Source: Ylistrum balloti
Lineage: Eukaryota
Assembly: GCF_031769215.1 (NCBI RefSeq)
Contig: NW_026782356.1
Location: 434,001-498,000 of the forward strand
Direction: 5' to 3'
Length of the DNA stretch: 64,000 bases
The notes beneath the pieces were generated by a model that was not told where the DNA came from, did no database searches, and was given only the letters and a program-made list of their open reading frames with translations. Position numbers and translations under genes: made by a program. Position 1 is the first letter of the stretch. Every line of letters begins with the position of its first letter. Positions 1-11,194 of the stretch are shown here, piece by piece.

Positions 1-404
1 GTAGGGATCATATGAGCAGTTTGGATAATCGGGCAGTGATCACCTTCCAGCAAGTTTCTTAAACAACAGGCGAGGATTCTTAGTTATGTCCCACATTTTT
101 TTTATTTGTTTGTTATCTGGTTGAATCTTTAAATTTATACTAAAGTGACAGTACGGTAAATAAAGTCCTGATAAATGATATCTGTGCAGGAAGAAGTGAT
201 TACAAAGTGTCACCATAAGATTACACAGATTCTTCTCCATACCATCATCCCTCACCATTGACCTTTCAGCCATAAAAAATATGTTATCAGTTTGTCAATC
301 TTGGCTGTATGCATTGGTGGACAGAGGGCCACACCCCCTCCCTCCACCCATCTTATCTCCATACCACTGTTACCCCAGTCTATACAGTGATTTATCTGTT
401 ACAG

Positions 405-1984
405 TAGCTACCCTGATAAATTTCTGTAGCTACCCTGATAAATTTCTGTAGCTACCCAGTTGCATTACTGTAGTTTCCCTGATGAATTTCTGAATTTTAA
501 CGTCTGCTCCAGCTACCCTCATAAACAACGCTAGCTATCCTAATAAAGTCTATCAGTACAGTGCTTTAGCTACCCTGATAAACAACTCTATCTACCCTGA
601 TGAACAACTCTAGCTACCCTGATGAACAACTCTAGCTACCCTGATGAACAACTCTAGCTACCCTGATGAACAACTCTAGCTACCCTGATAAACAACTCTA
701 GCTATCCTAATGAAGTCTATCAGAACAGTTTCTACCTACCCTGATAAAAATTTCTTGCTACCCTGATAAACAACGCTAGCTACCCTGATAAACAACTCTA
801 GCTACCCTGATAAACAACTCTAGCTACCCTGATAAACAACTCTAGCTACCCTGATAAAGTCTATCAGTACAGTGGTCCAGCTACCCTGATAAACAACTCT
901 AGCTACCCTGATGAACAACTCTAGCTACCCTGATGAACAACTCTAGCTACCCTGATAAACAACTCTAGCTACCCTGATAAACAACTCTATCTACCCTTAT
1001 AAACAACTCTCGCTACCCTTATAAACAACTCTAGCTACCCTGATAAACAACTCTATCTACCCTGATAAACAACTCTAGCTATCCTAATGAACTACCTACC
1101 CTGATAAAAATTTCTTGCTACCCTGATAAACAACTCTAGCTACCCTGATAAACAACTCTAGCTACCCTGATAAACAACTCTAGCTACCCTGATAAACAAC
1201 TCTAGCTACCCTGATAAACAACTCTAGCTACCCTGATAAAGTCTATCAGTACAGTTTCTAGCTACCCTGATAAACAACTCTAGCTACCCTGATAAACAAC
1301 TCTATCTACCCTGATGAACAACTCTAGCTACCCTGATAAAGTCTATCAGTACAGTTTCTAGCTACCCTGATAAACAACTCTAGCTACCCTGATAAAGTCT
1401 ATCAGTACAGTGGTCCAGCTACCCTGATAAACAACTCTAGCTACCCTGATAAACAACTCTAGCTACCCTGATAAAGTCTATCAGTACAGTTTCTAGCTAC
1501 CCTGATAAACAACTCTAGCTACCCTGATAAAGTCTATCAGTACAGTTTCTAGCTACCCTGATAAACAACTCTAGCTACCCTGATAAAGTCTATCAGTACA
1601 GTTTCTAGCTACCCTGATAAACAACTCTAGCTACCCTGATAAAGTCTATCAGTACAGTGGTCCAGCTACCCTGATAAACAACTCTAGCTACCCTGATAAA
1701 CAACTCTAGCTACCCTGATAAAGTCTATCAGTACAGTTTCTAGCTACCCTGATAAACAACTCTAGCTACCCTGATAAAGTCTATCAGTACAGTTTCTAGC
1801 TACCCTGATAAACAACTCTAGCTACCCTGATAAAGTCTATCAGTACAGTTTCTAGCTACCCTGATAAACAACGCTAGCTATCCTAATAAAGTCTATCAGT
1901 ACAGTGGTCCAGCTACCCTGATAAACAACTCTAGCTACCCTGATAAAGTCTATCAGTACAGTGGTCCAGCTACCCTGATAAACG
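405..1984. repeat. Minisatellite with two related monomers (22 bp and 34 bp), forming a 56-bp dimer toward the right
   Basis: Units CTAGCTACCCTGATAAACAACT (period 22 at 601/623) and CTAGCTACCCTGATAAAGTCTATCAGTACAGTTT; dimer period 56 at 1501/1557. Confidence 0.97.
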
Positions 1985-2379
1985 CTTTCCCTTATTAATG
2001 TAGATGTTGTAATAGATTGTACCTGTACAACTCCATCGTTACCCTGATAATTTATTACTGTAGAGTTGAATAGTTAAATAAATAATTAATTATCTTTATC
2101 ACTTAGATGTTATAGGTGAATTTGCCTGTGTAATATTTTTGTCTGTTTGTTGTCAGAAATAGATTATGATGTCTTAAATGGACCATGACGTTATGTGATC
2201 AATTGACATTGGCCATGTTTGTTTGATTTTGTCCTCGCTGTAAAAATTTTTTATCCTAAATTTATTGTCATTTCAAGTGAGATTTTAGGAAATTCATTTT
2301 GTAGTGTTGTGGTTTTTCTTGCCAAGCAAGCAAGAATAAAACTGCAGAGACTTGTGTTATAAACTTCATCTGACATGAA

Positions 2380-2640
2380 AAATCATTGAAAATCCCTAAA
2401 TATATATATATCATTGATGCTCAAAGTCAATGATTAATCATGCATCTTTATTTTCTAAATTTAAGGTCACTTTTCAAGGTCAATTTTTTTTAGTTGCCTA
2501 TCCTGTTGTCCTATAGCAACCCAGAACTAGGTCAGGAACAAAATCCTAGTCTTATGTATGATGTGACCTTCATTTTTTCTGACTTGTCATGTTTTAAGAT
2601 TTATGGTACCGACTCCATTAAAAAAATGACACTTTTTTTC
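2380..2640. mobile_element. Possible degenerate non-autonomous DNA element fragment (AAGGTCA-rich, bivalve HINE/pearl-like)
   Basis: Motifs ttaaggtcacttttcaaggtca, gttgtcctatagcaac and gtgaccttc resemble my recollection of abundant mollusc non-autonomous elements; no termini visible. Confidence 0.25.
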
Positions 2641-3574
2641 ACGTTTCTGTTTATTAATTATGTATGGAGATAGTCCTTTACTTTAGGAGTGTAGGATCAC
2701 AGAATTATACACATTTATTCATTACCTGACCCAGGGTTTTAGGTTTTTATATCACATTAACTTCTTGTGACATCATTTGAATTATAATATAATATCAAAT
2801 ATTATTGCTCTTTTAACTTTCAATTGCAAAAAAAGGTAAGTGTTTAGGATGATTGTGTGATATAGGTATAATGTATAACTTCATTGATTTATTGCAATGT
2901 GAAAGCTATCATCATACCTTACCTCACTCTCCCGTGCATGATGCTTACTGACTGTGAAATTCTACACCAAGCACAATACCACACAAAATTATACAGGTAT
3001 TTTTCAGGTGTGGAGAATTTTTGGTTGAGTGTGTCAACTGAAGAAATTAAAAGTTGAGTTTGTGTGAGATAATGATCTGTGTCTGCCTTGTAATTTTCCA
3101 TCAGACATGACAAACTAGGTCAGATAGATGTTACCCGTTAAACTACTCAAATTATGCTACCTGTACATCCACACTTGTAAACTATAGCTGCGATGTGATA
3201 CTTGTATACTGGGTGTACAAACACCTGTACACTATAGGTAGGATGGGATACCTGTATACTGTGTGTCTGTAGATACACTTTTTCAGATACTTATGCAACC
3301 TGTATATTGTGTGAAGATACACCTGTACACTTTAAGTGCTGACATTACTTCAGGAATACATTGGTACTAGAATCTGCTGATGTTTCTCATGCTTATAAAC
3401 TCTAATTGACATAACACTTGATATCAGTCAGCGATAATCGTGGTATTCTTGCATGACTTAACAGAAGTGAAACCTTCCCTTTCCCGAGAGAAATACCTCA
3501 TTATCTTACCTGTCAGTACCTTAAATAGATGAGAGGATAGATACAAATACATCAACTTTCCCAATAAAGTCAGA

Positions 3575-4180
3575 CAGAGATTACCAGTCCCCAGGGTCGG
3601 GGATTACCAGTCCCCATAGTGAGGGATTAACAGTCCCCATAATATCAGAGGTTACCAGACCCCATAATATCAGAGATTACCAGTCCTCATAATATCAGAG
3701 GTTACCAGACCCCATAATATCAGAGGTTACCAGTCTCCATAATATCAGAGGTTACCAGACCCCATGATATCAGAGGTTACCAGACCCCATAATATCAGAG
3801 GTTACCAGACCCCATAATATTAGAGGTTACCAGACCCCATAATATCAGAGATTACCAGTCCTCATAATATTAGAGGTTACCAGACCCCATAACATCAGAG
3901 ATTACCAGTCCTCATAATATTAGAGGTTACCAGTCTCCATAATATCAGAGGTTACCAGTCCCCATAATATCAGAGGTTACCAGACCCCATAATATCAGAG
4001 GTTACCAGTCTCCATAATATCAGAGGTTACCAGACCCCATAATATCAGAGGTTACCAGACCCCATAATATCAGAGGTTACCAGTCTCCATAATATCAGAG
4101 ATTACCAGTCCCCATAATATCAGAGATTACCAGTCCCCATAATATCAGAGATTACCAGTCCTCATAATATCAGAGATAAT
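3575..4180. repeat. 25-bp minisatellite, about 22 copies
   Basis: Unit AATATCAGAGGTTACCAGACCCCAT; period 25 at 3966/3991. Confidence 0.97.
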
Positions 4181-4563
4181 CAGTCCCTATTAAGTCACAG
4201 AGAGATTACCAGTCCCTATTAAGTCACAGAGAGATTACCAGTCCCTATTAAGTCACAGAGAGATTACCAGTCCCTATTAAGTCACAGAGAGATTACCAGT
4301 CCCTATTAAGTCACAGAGAGATTACCAGTCCCTATTAAGTCACAGAGAGATTACCAGTCCCTATTAAGTCACAGAGAGATTACCAGTCCCTATTAAGTCA
4401 CAGAGAGATTACCAGTCCCTATTAAGTCACAGAGAGATTACCAGTCCCTATTAAGTCACAGAGAGATTACCAGTCCCTATTAAGTCACAGAGAGATTACC
4501 AGTCCCTATTAAGTCACAGAGAGATAATCAGTCCCTATTAAGTCACAGAGAGATTACCAGTCC
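4171..4563. repeat. 29-bp minisatellite, about 13 near-identical copies
   Basis: Unit CAGTCCCTATTAAGTCACAGAGAGATTAC; period 29 at 4201/4230. Confidence 0.97.
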
Positions 4564-4645
4564 TCAGAGTTATAGAGATTACTCAAGCTGTAATTCACAG
4601 ATAACAAGTCCTGTTAAAAGTCATCTGGAGGTTACCAGTTCCCAT

Positions 4646-5180
4646 TTACATTTACACCCTTACCAGTCTCAGATAGACCTAATATTGCTACCATTTACAC
4701 CCTAATCAGTCTCAGATAGACCTAATATTGCTACCATTTACACCCTTACCAGTCTCAGATAGACCTAATATTGCTACCATTTACACCCTTACCAGTCTCA
4801 GATAGACCTAATATTGCTACCATTTACACCCTTACCAGTCTCAGATAGACCTAATATTGCTACCATTTACACCCTAATCAATCTCAGATAGACCTAATAT
4901 TGCTACCATTTACACCCTTACCAGTCTCAGATAGACCTAATATTGCTACCATTTACACCCTTACCAGTCTCAGATAGACCTAATATTGCTACCATTTACA
5001 CCCTTACCAGTCTCAGATAGACCTAATATTGCTACCATTTACACCCTTACCAGTCTCAGATAGACCTAATATTGCTACCATTTACACCCTTACCAGTCTC
5101 AGATAGACCTAATATTGCTACCATTTACACCCTTACCAGTCTCAGATAGACCTAATATTGCTACCATTTACACCCTATCC
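4646..5180. repeat. 43-bp minisatellite, about 12 copies
   Basis: Unit CCATTTACACCCTTACCAGTCTCAGATAGACCTAATATTGCTA; period 43 at 4691/4734. Confidence 0.97.
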
Positions 5181-6539
5181 AACCTCCGATACATGTACCA
5201 AGTAGTCTTGCTACTTTTTACACTCTGGCAAGCCTTAGGTGCACGAAGTCTGGCTACTATTTACACCATAACCAGGCAAAGATACACATATTAACAGGTG
5301 TTATCAACTTAGGTCTTAAACTCAAATTTTTGAATCTTTATTAAAAACCTCATTCCAGATGGTAGACTTGAGAGGTACAGATATACTTACTTTGTCCTTA
5401 TGTCCTTGCAGAAAGTTTCATTACAGATGTGTATTCATTAAACATTTAATTAAAAGAACTTTTTCACTTTAAGAATCACACGCTGCATCAGTGATGTGAA
5501 TTTCAAGAAACAAAACGTGACTTCTGTTGCTAAATAAGATCCTGTATTTTTTAGGTTTGCTTTGAGACTGTGAAGAATACAAGATGTGAAGAAATGTTTT
5601 TTTTTACAAAAATCTTTAATATATAGAAACAGAGGACTGGTGAAGTTAGGGTATGAGGTTGCTCATTATCATAGTTTCATCATCAATTCCGCATTTCTGC
5701 TTAAATCAAGTGTTTCCACTGTAAATGGTGGCTACTGTGATTTAGAATAGGATTTTTTTTTATTGAATACAGGTACAAAGTTTTAACATTTTAATTTCCA
5801 TGGATGAATGCTATTTAAGTGAAAAATATCAATTTTTTTCCTTTGTTACTTTTTAACTTACAAAATGTATTTTATATTGAAATTTATTCTTAAATGTTTA
5901 TTTAAAAAACATGTATAGTTTTGATATGGGTGTGGACGATAGTGGATTTCTGTGTTTTGTTGTAGAACTGACGTTTGTGGAGATTGTTCTCTTTGACAGG
6001 TACATTTATTAGAGCCTAATTTTGGCTGTTGATTCAGAACAAGAAAAAGTAAAACATCAGCTGTAAGGAATAAAATTGGTAGAATTCCAGAGTGTGAAAA
6101 GCTCAAACCTGATTCAAAGAAATCATAATGCCCTCCCATGATATGTGTAAAGCCAAGGAGAAGTTATGGGGACAAGATTATGGGGAGAAGATCAGAGAGA
6201 GTGAATGAGATAGAAACAAGCACTACAAGATTCAAACGATAGTGGTGATAAGGGGGGATTTGCACCTGTCTTAGCGACTCAGTGGAGAAGTGATACCCTG
6301 TACAAGGAATTCCTTACATCTTCTTAGTAAAAGACTGGGATTCACTCTGGTTATCATTATGTAGTGAATGGAAATTAAGATACACATTTCCGAAAATAAT
6401 ACACCATACAGAGGTCTAATCGCTTTACCAATCAATGAAATTAAGCCAGCTATGCACTTCTGAAAATAATGCATGCAACAGATTCGGGGTGTAATCCCTA
6501 CAGCAGTCACTCAATTAAAACAAACGTATACACCTTGTA

Positions 6540-7560
6540 TAGTATTCTCCAGAACTGTTACTGGGAACATGTTATATTCTCCAGAACTGTTACTGGGAAC
6601 ATGTTATATTCTCCAGGACTGTTACTGGGAACAATTAATGCTCCCCACAGCTGTTACTAGAAACACTTACTGTTCCCAACAGTTGTTACTGGGAACAATT
6701 ATTGCTTACCACAGTTGTTACTAGAAACAATTGATGCTCCCAAAATTTGTTACTTGGAACACTTAATGCTTCCCACAGTTGTAACTTGGAACACTTAATG
6801 CTCCCCACAGTTGTTAGTGGGAACAATTAGTATTCCCTACTTTTTACTGGGAACACATGATACTCTCTGAGTTGTTACTAGACACAATAAGAGTTCCCGA
6901 CAGTTGTTACAGAGAACAATTAATGCTCCCTACAATTTTTACTGGAAACAATTAATGCTGTCCAAATTTTCACTTTGAACAATTACTACTCCCAGAGTTT
7001 TTATTGGGAACAACTAATACTCTCCAGAATTGTTACTGTAAACACATGATGCTCTGTAGTGTTGTTACTGTGAACGCATAATGCTCCCCAAAGTCGAAAC
7101 TGGGAACATATAATGTTCTCTCGCACTGTTACTGGGAACACACCATGCTATCCAGAGTTATTAGTGGGAATAATGTTCTCCAGAGTTGTTAGTGGGAACA
7201 CACAATGCTATCTAGAGTTGTTAGTGGGAACACACAATGCTATCCAGAGTTGTTAGTGGGAACACACAATGCTATCCAGAGTTGTAAGTGGGAACAATAC
7301 TATCCAGAGTTATTAGTGGGAACAATGCTATCCAGAGTTGTTAGTGGAACACACAATGCTATCCAGAGTTGTAAGTGGGAACACACAATGCTATCCAGAT
7401 TTGTTAGTGGGAACACACAATGCTATCCAGAGTTGTTAGTGGGAACACACAATGCTATCCAAGTTGTAACTGGGAAAAAATGATGCTCCCCATAACTGTT
7501 ACTAGGAATTTGCTAAACAATTACAGTTTAGATAACAGCACAGTAATTACTGGAACATGG
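6540..7560. repeat. About 32-bp minisatellite, degenerate on the left, homogeneous core at about 7140-7475
   Basis: Unit CCAGAGTTGTTAGTGGGAACACACAATGCTAT and variants; explains ORFs 6469, 6473, 7205 and 7420. Confidence 0.93.
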
Positions 7561-8483
7561 CAAAGCAATAACTTATTATTACACTTAATGCTTCAATCTT
7601 GACCCAATCAGATGGCAAAGAAACTAATTAATTTTTCTAAGTATCATTATTGACCCAACAAGATGGATCAAAAACATTTATGAATTTTTATGATACAACA
7701 GTACAGACTTAAACGGCTCATGGATCAGAAAATATTGCTTTCTAGATTAGAATTAAAACTATTTAGTTTGTCATAATCGATTGTAATTATTGTTATTGGA
7801 AGATCTTTTTCAGATCTCGTAGGAAGGATTCATATCAGAACAAAAAGTTTCAAACTTTGTCAATGAACACTGCTTTGGTTAAAAAATCCTAGTTGGAATA
7901 ATTATATACAGATTTGTCATAATAATAATAATAATAATAATGAAAAGCCATTTGATAAAATTACACGGAAATGAACTTATATAAAAATCAATACTTTAGC
8001 AGTATTTAAATGCTTCTAATTATAGGGGTAGCACTAATAACAGTTAAATATCACACACCACAAGTAATTTGTGTCAACAAAATTGTCAATGATTATGTAG
8101 TTAATGGACATGAAATCAACACACTTGGGAAATTTTTAAACTCCTCAATTTTGGAAAGCCCTGCTAATACATGTGATCTTTCTGTATGATCCAATACCTT
8201 TACATTTTGATAAAAAAAAGTTTAATTATAAATGTGTACTTGTAGCATGACATAAGTTATCTAAATATCTTATTTACATGTGATAAAAACTGCAGCAGAT
8301 TAAAGTCAGGTGGTGATTTTGTCAGAATGTCTGACTTCATTAACTCTTTCATTTATAGTATAACTAATGATCAAATGATGATGGTCTAATTATATCTAAA
8401 GAGCATGTGTTAAGCTGATTGACAGGTTATTGATCATGGTATGAGGGTTGTCTGCAGGCCTTACTTACCTGTACAGGTAGTAT

Positions 8484-9095
8484 CCCGTGACGAGTTACGT
8501 TGCTTGTAGGATGAGGATAAAAAACAATTAACTCAAACACCTTTGATTGATGTCAATGTCTTATCGTTACATGACAGCGTTATCCTGAAGCCCTTTTCGA
8601 GTTCACTGGGGCGTTTTATAGTACATACACGGTATGTAAACGGTATGTTTGTATTAAATACTAGAGATTTACCTGTTAACGAGGTGCCTGTAGTGGCCTA
8701 CGCTAGACAGGTGACACACGAAGCAGTTAAGATCTGTCTCACCACATGATAATCCTGTAGAGAGTATAGAAGGTGAGCATTCCACTGATCCTCGGCCAAT
8801 AACAAACGCACACTGCCAAGTACTGATACCCTTACTGATCAGCTATCAGTACCTGTCCCCGCTATTTACCAATCCGCTGTGTAATTACACCGCTACAACA
8901 ATACACAATTGACATACAAGAAGTTAAAAGACCGCTGTATTTCCGACAGTGCAATTGTCAATTTTCCAACTTGTATGTCTACACTAAAGTAATTAATAAA
9001 TGTACATAGGCGATTTAATATTATATGAGGTACACAATTGAATCACTCACCCACTGACTTGTTCACTGTTGTCCTACAACTGATAATGCGTGAAA
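8484..9095. promoter_or_regulatory. CpG-retaining patch (candidate unmethylated promoter or enhancer)
   Basis: About 21 CpGs counted by eye in about 600 bp, versus about 4 in 700 bp at 5200-5900. A perfect minus-strand splice donor CAG|GTAAGT lies at its left edge (exon side ends at 8469). Confidence 0.4.
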
Positions 9096-9607
9096 TCTGC
9101 TGTACTTAATCCCAGAGAGTGTCTATGTGTATGATAATATTCCAATATCATGGCCTGCTCTCAGTGAGTTTAGCCAGGAACAACCCCTCAGTGTAAACCC
9201 CGTGTTTAAACTGTTGACTTCTTAATAACGGATTCCACAGGGATAACTATCTCGCCAATTGCTAAATAAATCTCTCTCACCCCACAGAACAATGCAAACA
9301 CTGGGGCTCGTGGGGCATAGCTCCACCAATGGCTGTTACAGGGTACTCACCCAAACACAATCATAATGTCACTCATTTACTAAAGACAACATAAAAACCC
9401 CAGGCCATGGGTACCAGTGAAATAGAGAGATTTCTTTTTTCATCTGTGCAGACTATAACTTAGCAGCATTGTATGGTCCCTACAGACATATGAACTGCCC
9501 CTAGAATGGGGATGAAATTCTATACATGGCTCTCTATGTGAAGTAATGAGTTGCAAGTTAGCAGCTCTTCACAACTTGAGATCAATCCAATCCTGCCTCT
9601 CAGGACT

Positions 9608-10565
9608 CATGTGTGGTGGGCCATCCTAGAGGGGAGGGGGGAGGAGATGGAGGGACTGGAGGTCAGTGTATACAGATATGTGTGGTGGGCCATCCCAGGG
9701 GGAGTTGGAGGAGGACCAGGACCAGGAGGTCAATATACAGATATGTGTGGTGGGTCATTCTAGGGGGAGGAGGAGGACCAGGACCAGGAGGTCAGAATAT
9801 ACAGATATGTGTGGTGGGCCATCCCAGGGGGAGGGGGAGGAGGACCAGGAGGTCAGAATATACAGATATGTGTGGTGGGTCATCCTAAGGGGAGGTGGAG
9901 GAGGACCAGGACCAGGAGGTAAATATACAGATATGTATGGTGGGTCATCCTAGGGGGAGGTGGAGGAGGACCATGACCAGGAGGTCAGAATATACAGATA
10001 TGTATGGTGGGCTATCTCAGGGGGAGGAGGACCAGGACCAGGTCAGAATATATAGATATGTGTGGTGGGTCATTCTAGGGGGAGGAGGAGGACCAGGACC
10101 AGGAGGTCAGAATATACAGATATGTGTGATGGGTCATCCTAGGGGGAGGTGGAGGAGGACCAGGATCAGGAGGTCAGAATATACAGATATGTGTGGTGGG
10201 TCGTCCTAGGGGGAGGTGGAGGAGGACCAGGATCAGGAGGTCAGAATATACAGATATGTGTGATGGGTCATCCTAGGGGGAGGTGGAGGAGGACCAGGAC
10301 CAGGAGGTCAGAATATACAGATATGTGTGGTGGGCCATCCTAGGGGGAGATGGAGGAGGACCAGGACCAGGAGGTCAATATACAGATATGTGTGATGGGC
10401 CATCCTAGGGGGAGGAATGGGGAACCTGGAGGTTAAAGTATACAGACTTGTGTGTGGTGTGCCTTCCCAGGGGGACCTGGAGGTCTAGAGTATCCAGACG
10501 TGTGTTGGGCCATCAAGGGGGATGAGGGGGAACCTGGAGGTCAGAATATACAGACATGTGGTGAG
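9608..10565. repeat. G-rich 67-bp minisatellite, about 14 copies
   Basis: Unit TGTGGTGGGTCATCCTAGGGGGAGGTGGAGGAGGACCAGGACCAGGAGGTCAGAATATACAGATATG; period 67 at 10111/10178/10245. Confidence 0.96.
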
Positions 10566-10744
10566 CCATCCTAGTCCACTCTTTGGTTTTGGATATAATC
10601 TTGTTATCTTTGTGATAGTACACACTGTGATAGTACAGACCGTATAACCTTGTTAAGTGGTTAAGTAACTTAGTCAAATGATTGGAAAGGATTTAAGATT
10701 GGACCAAAACAAATAATTAATAAGTGTTTATCATAACTGCACCT

Positions 10745-10900
10745 TCATCGATTTAACCACTGACTACTAACCATACTCCTGCAGATGGGACTTTAAATAG
10801 TGGCCCATATAAAGACTGTCCACTCTCACAAGCTAAAGATCCTTTCATGTTTTCAAAAAAGAGAAGGTATGATAACACTGGTCCAGGGGTTAAGATATAG
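10745..10900 (+). mobile_element. Degenerate SINE fragment, MetaSINE-like central domain
   Basis: GATGGGACTTTAAATAGTGGCCC...AGCTAAAGATCCTTT...TCAAAAAAGAGAAGG resembles the recalled Meta domain (GGGACGTTAAA..GGTCCC...CACGTTAAAGAACCC...TCGAAAAGAGTAGGG). Recognition is from memory; no tRNA-derived head seen. Confidence 0.4.
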
Positions 10901-11194
10901 TATTAGGACATACAATTTTGAAGGCACTTGATAGACTTCAAAATTACCCTAACATAAACTGAAACTAAGGCTCCTAATCCCTTCTTTCCTGGACATGTTT
11001 CAGACTGCTAGAGTTAGGATAAAGCATCATTAGGCCCTGGAGTCATCTTCTAAAACTAGCATTATCAAACACACACTGCTACAGATGGTTCCACCCCTCT
11101 GCAGGTCACCCTTTCACGTCTCCAGAACTCCTGATATTCGTTGACAAGGTGATTCCCGGCAATTGGAGGCGTCTCAAAGATGAAAAACCTGTAA

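Noticed and set aside
9551-10343. Gly/Pro/Arg-rich ORFs resembling viral or low-complexity proteins
   Set aside because: The 67-bp period is not a multiple of 3 and stops recur; these derive from the G-rich minisatellite.
10785-10866. AG/GT-bounded open 82-nt segment (GTLNSGPYKDCPLSQAKDPFMFSKKR)
   Set aside because: It coincides with the SINE-like fragment and has no recognisable protein similarity; exonisation cannot be excluded without RNA data.
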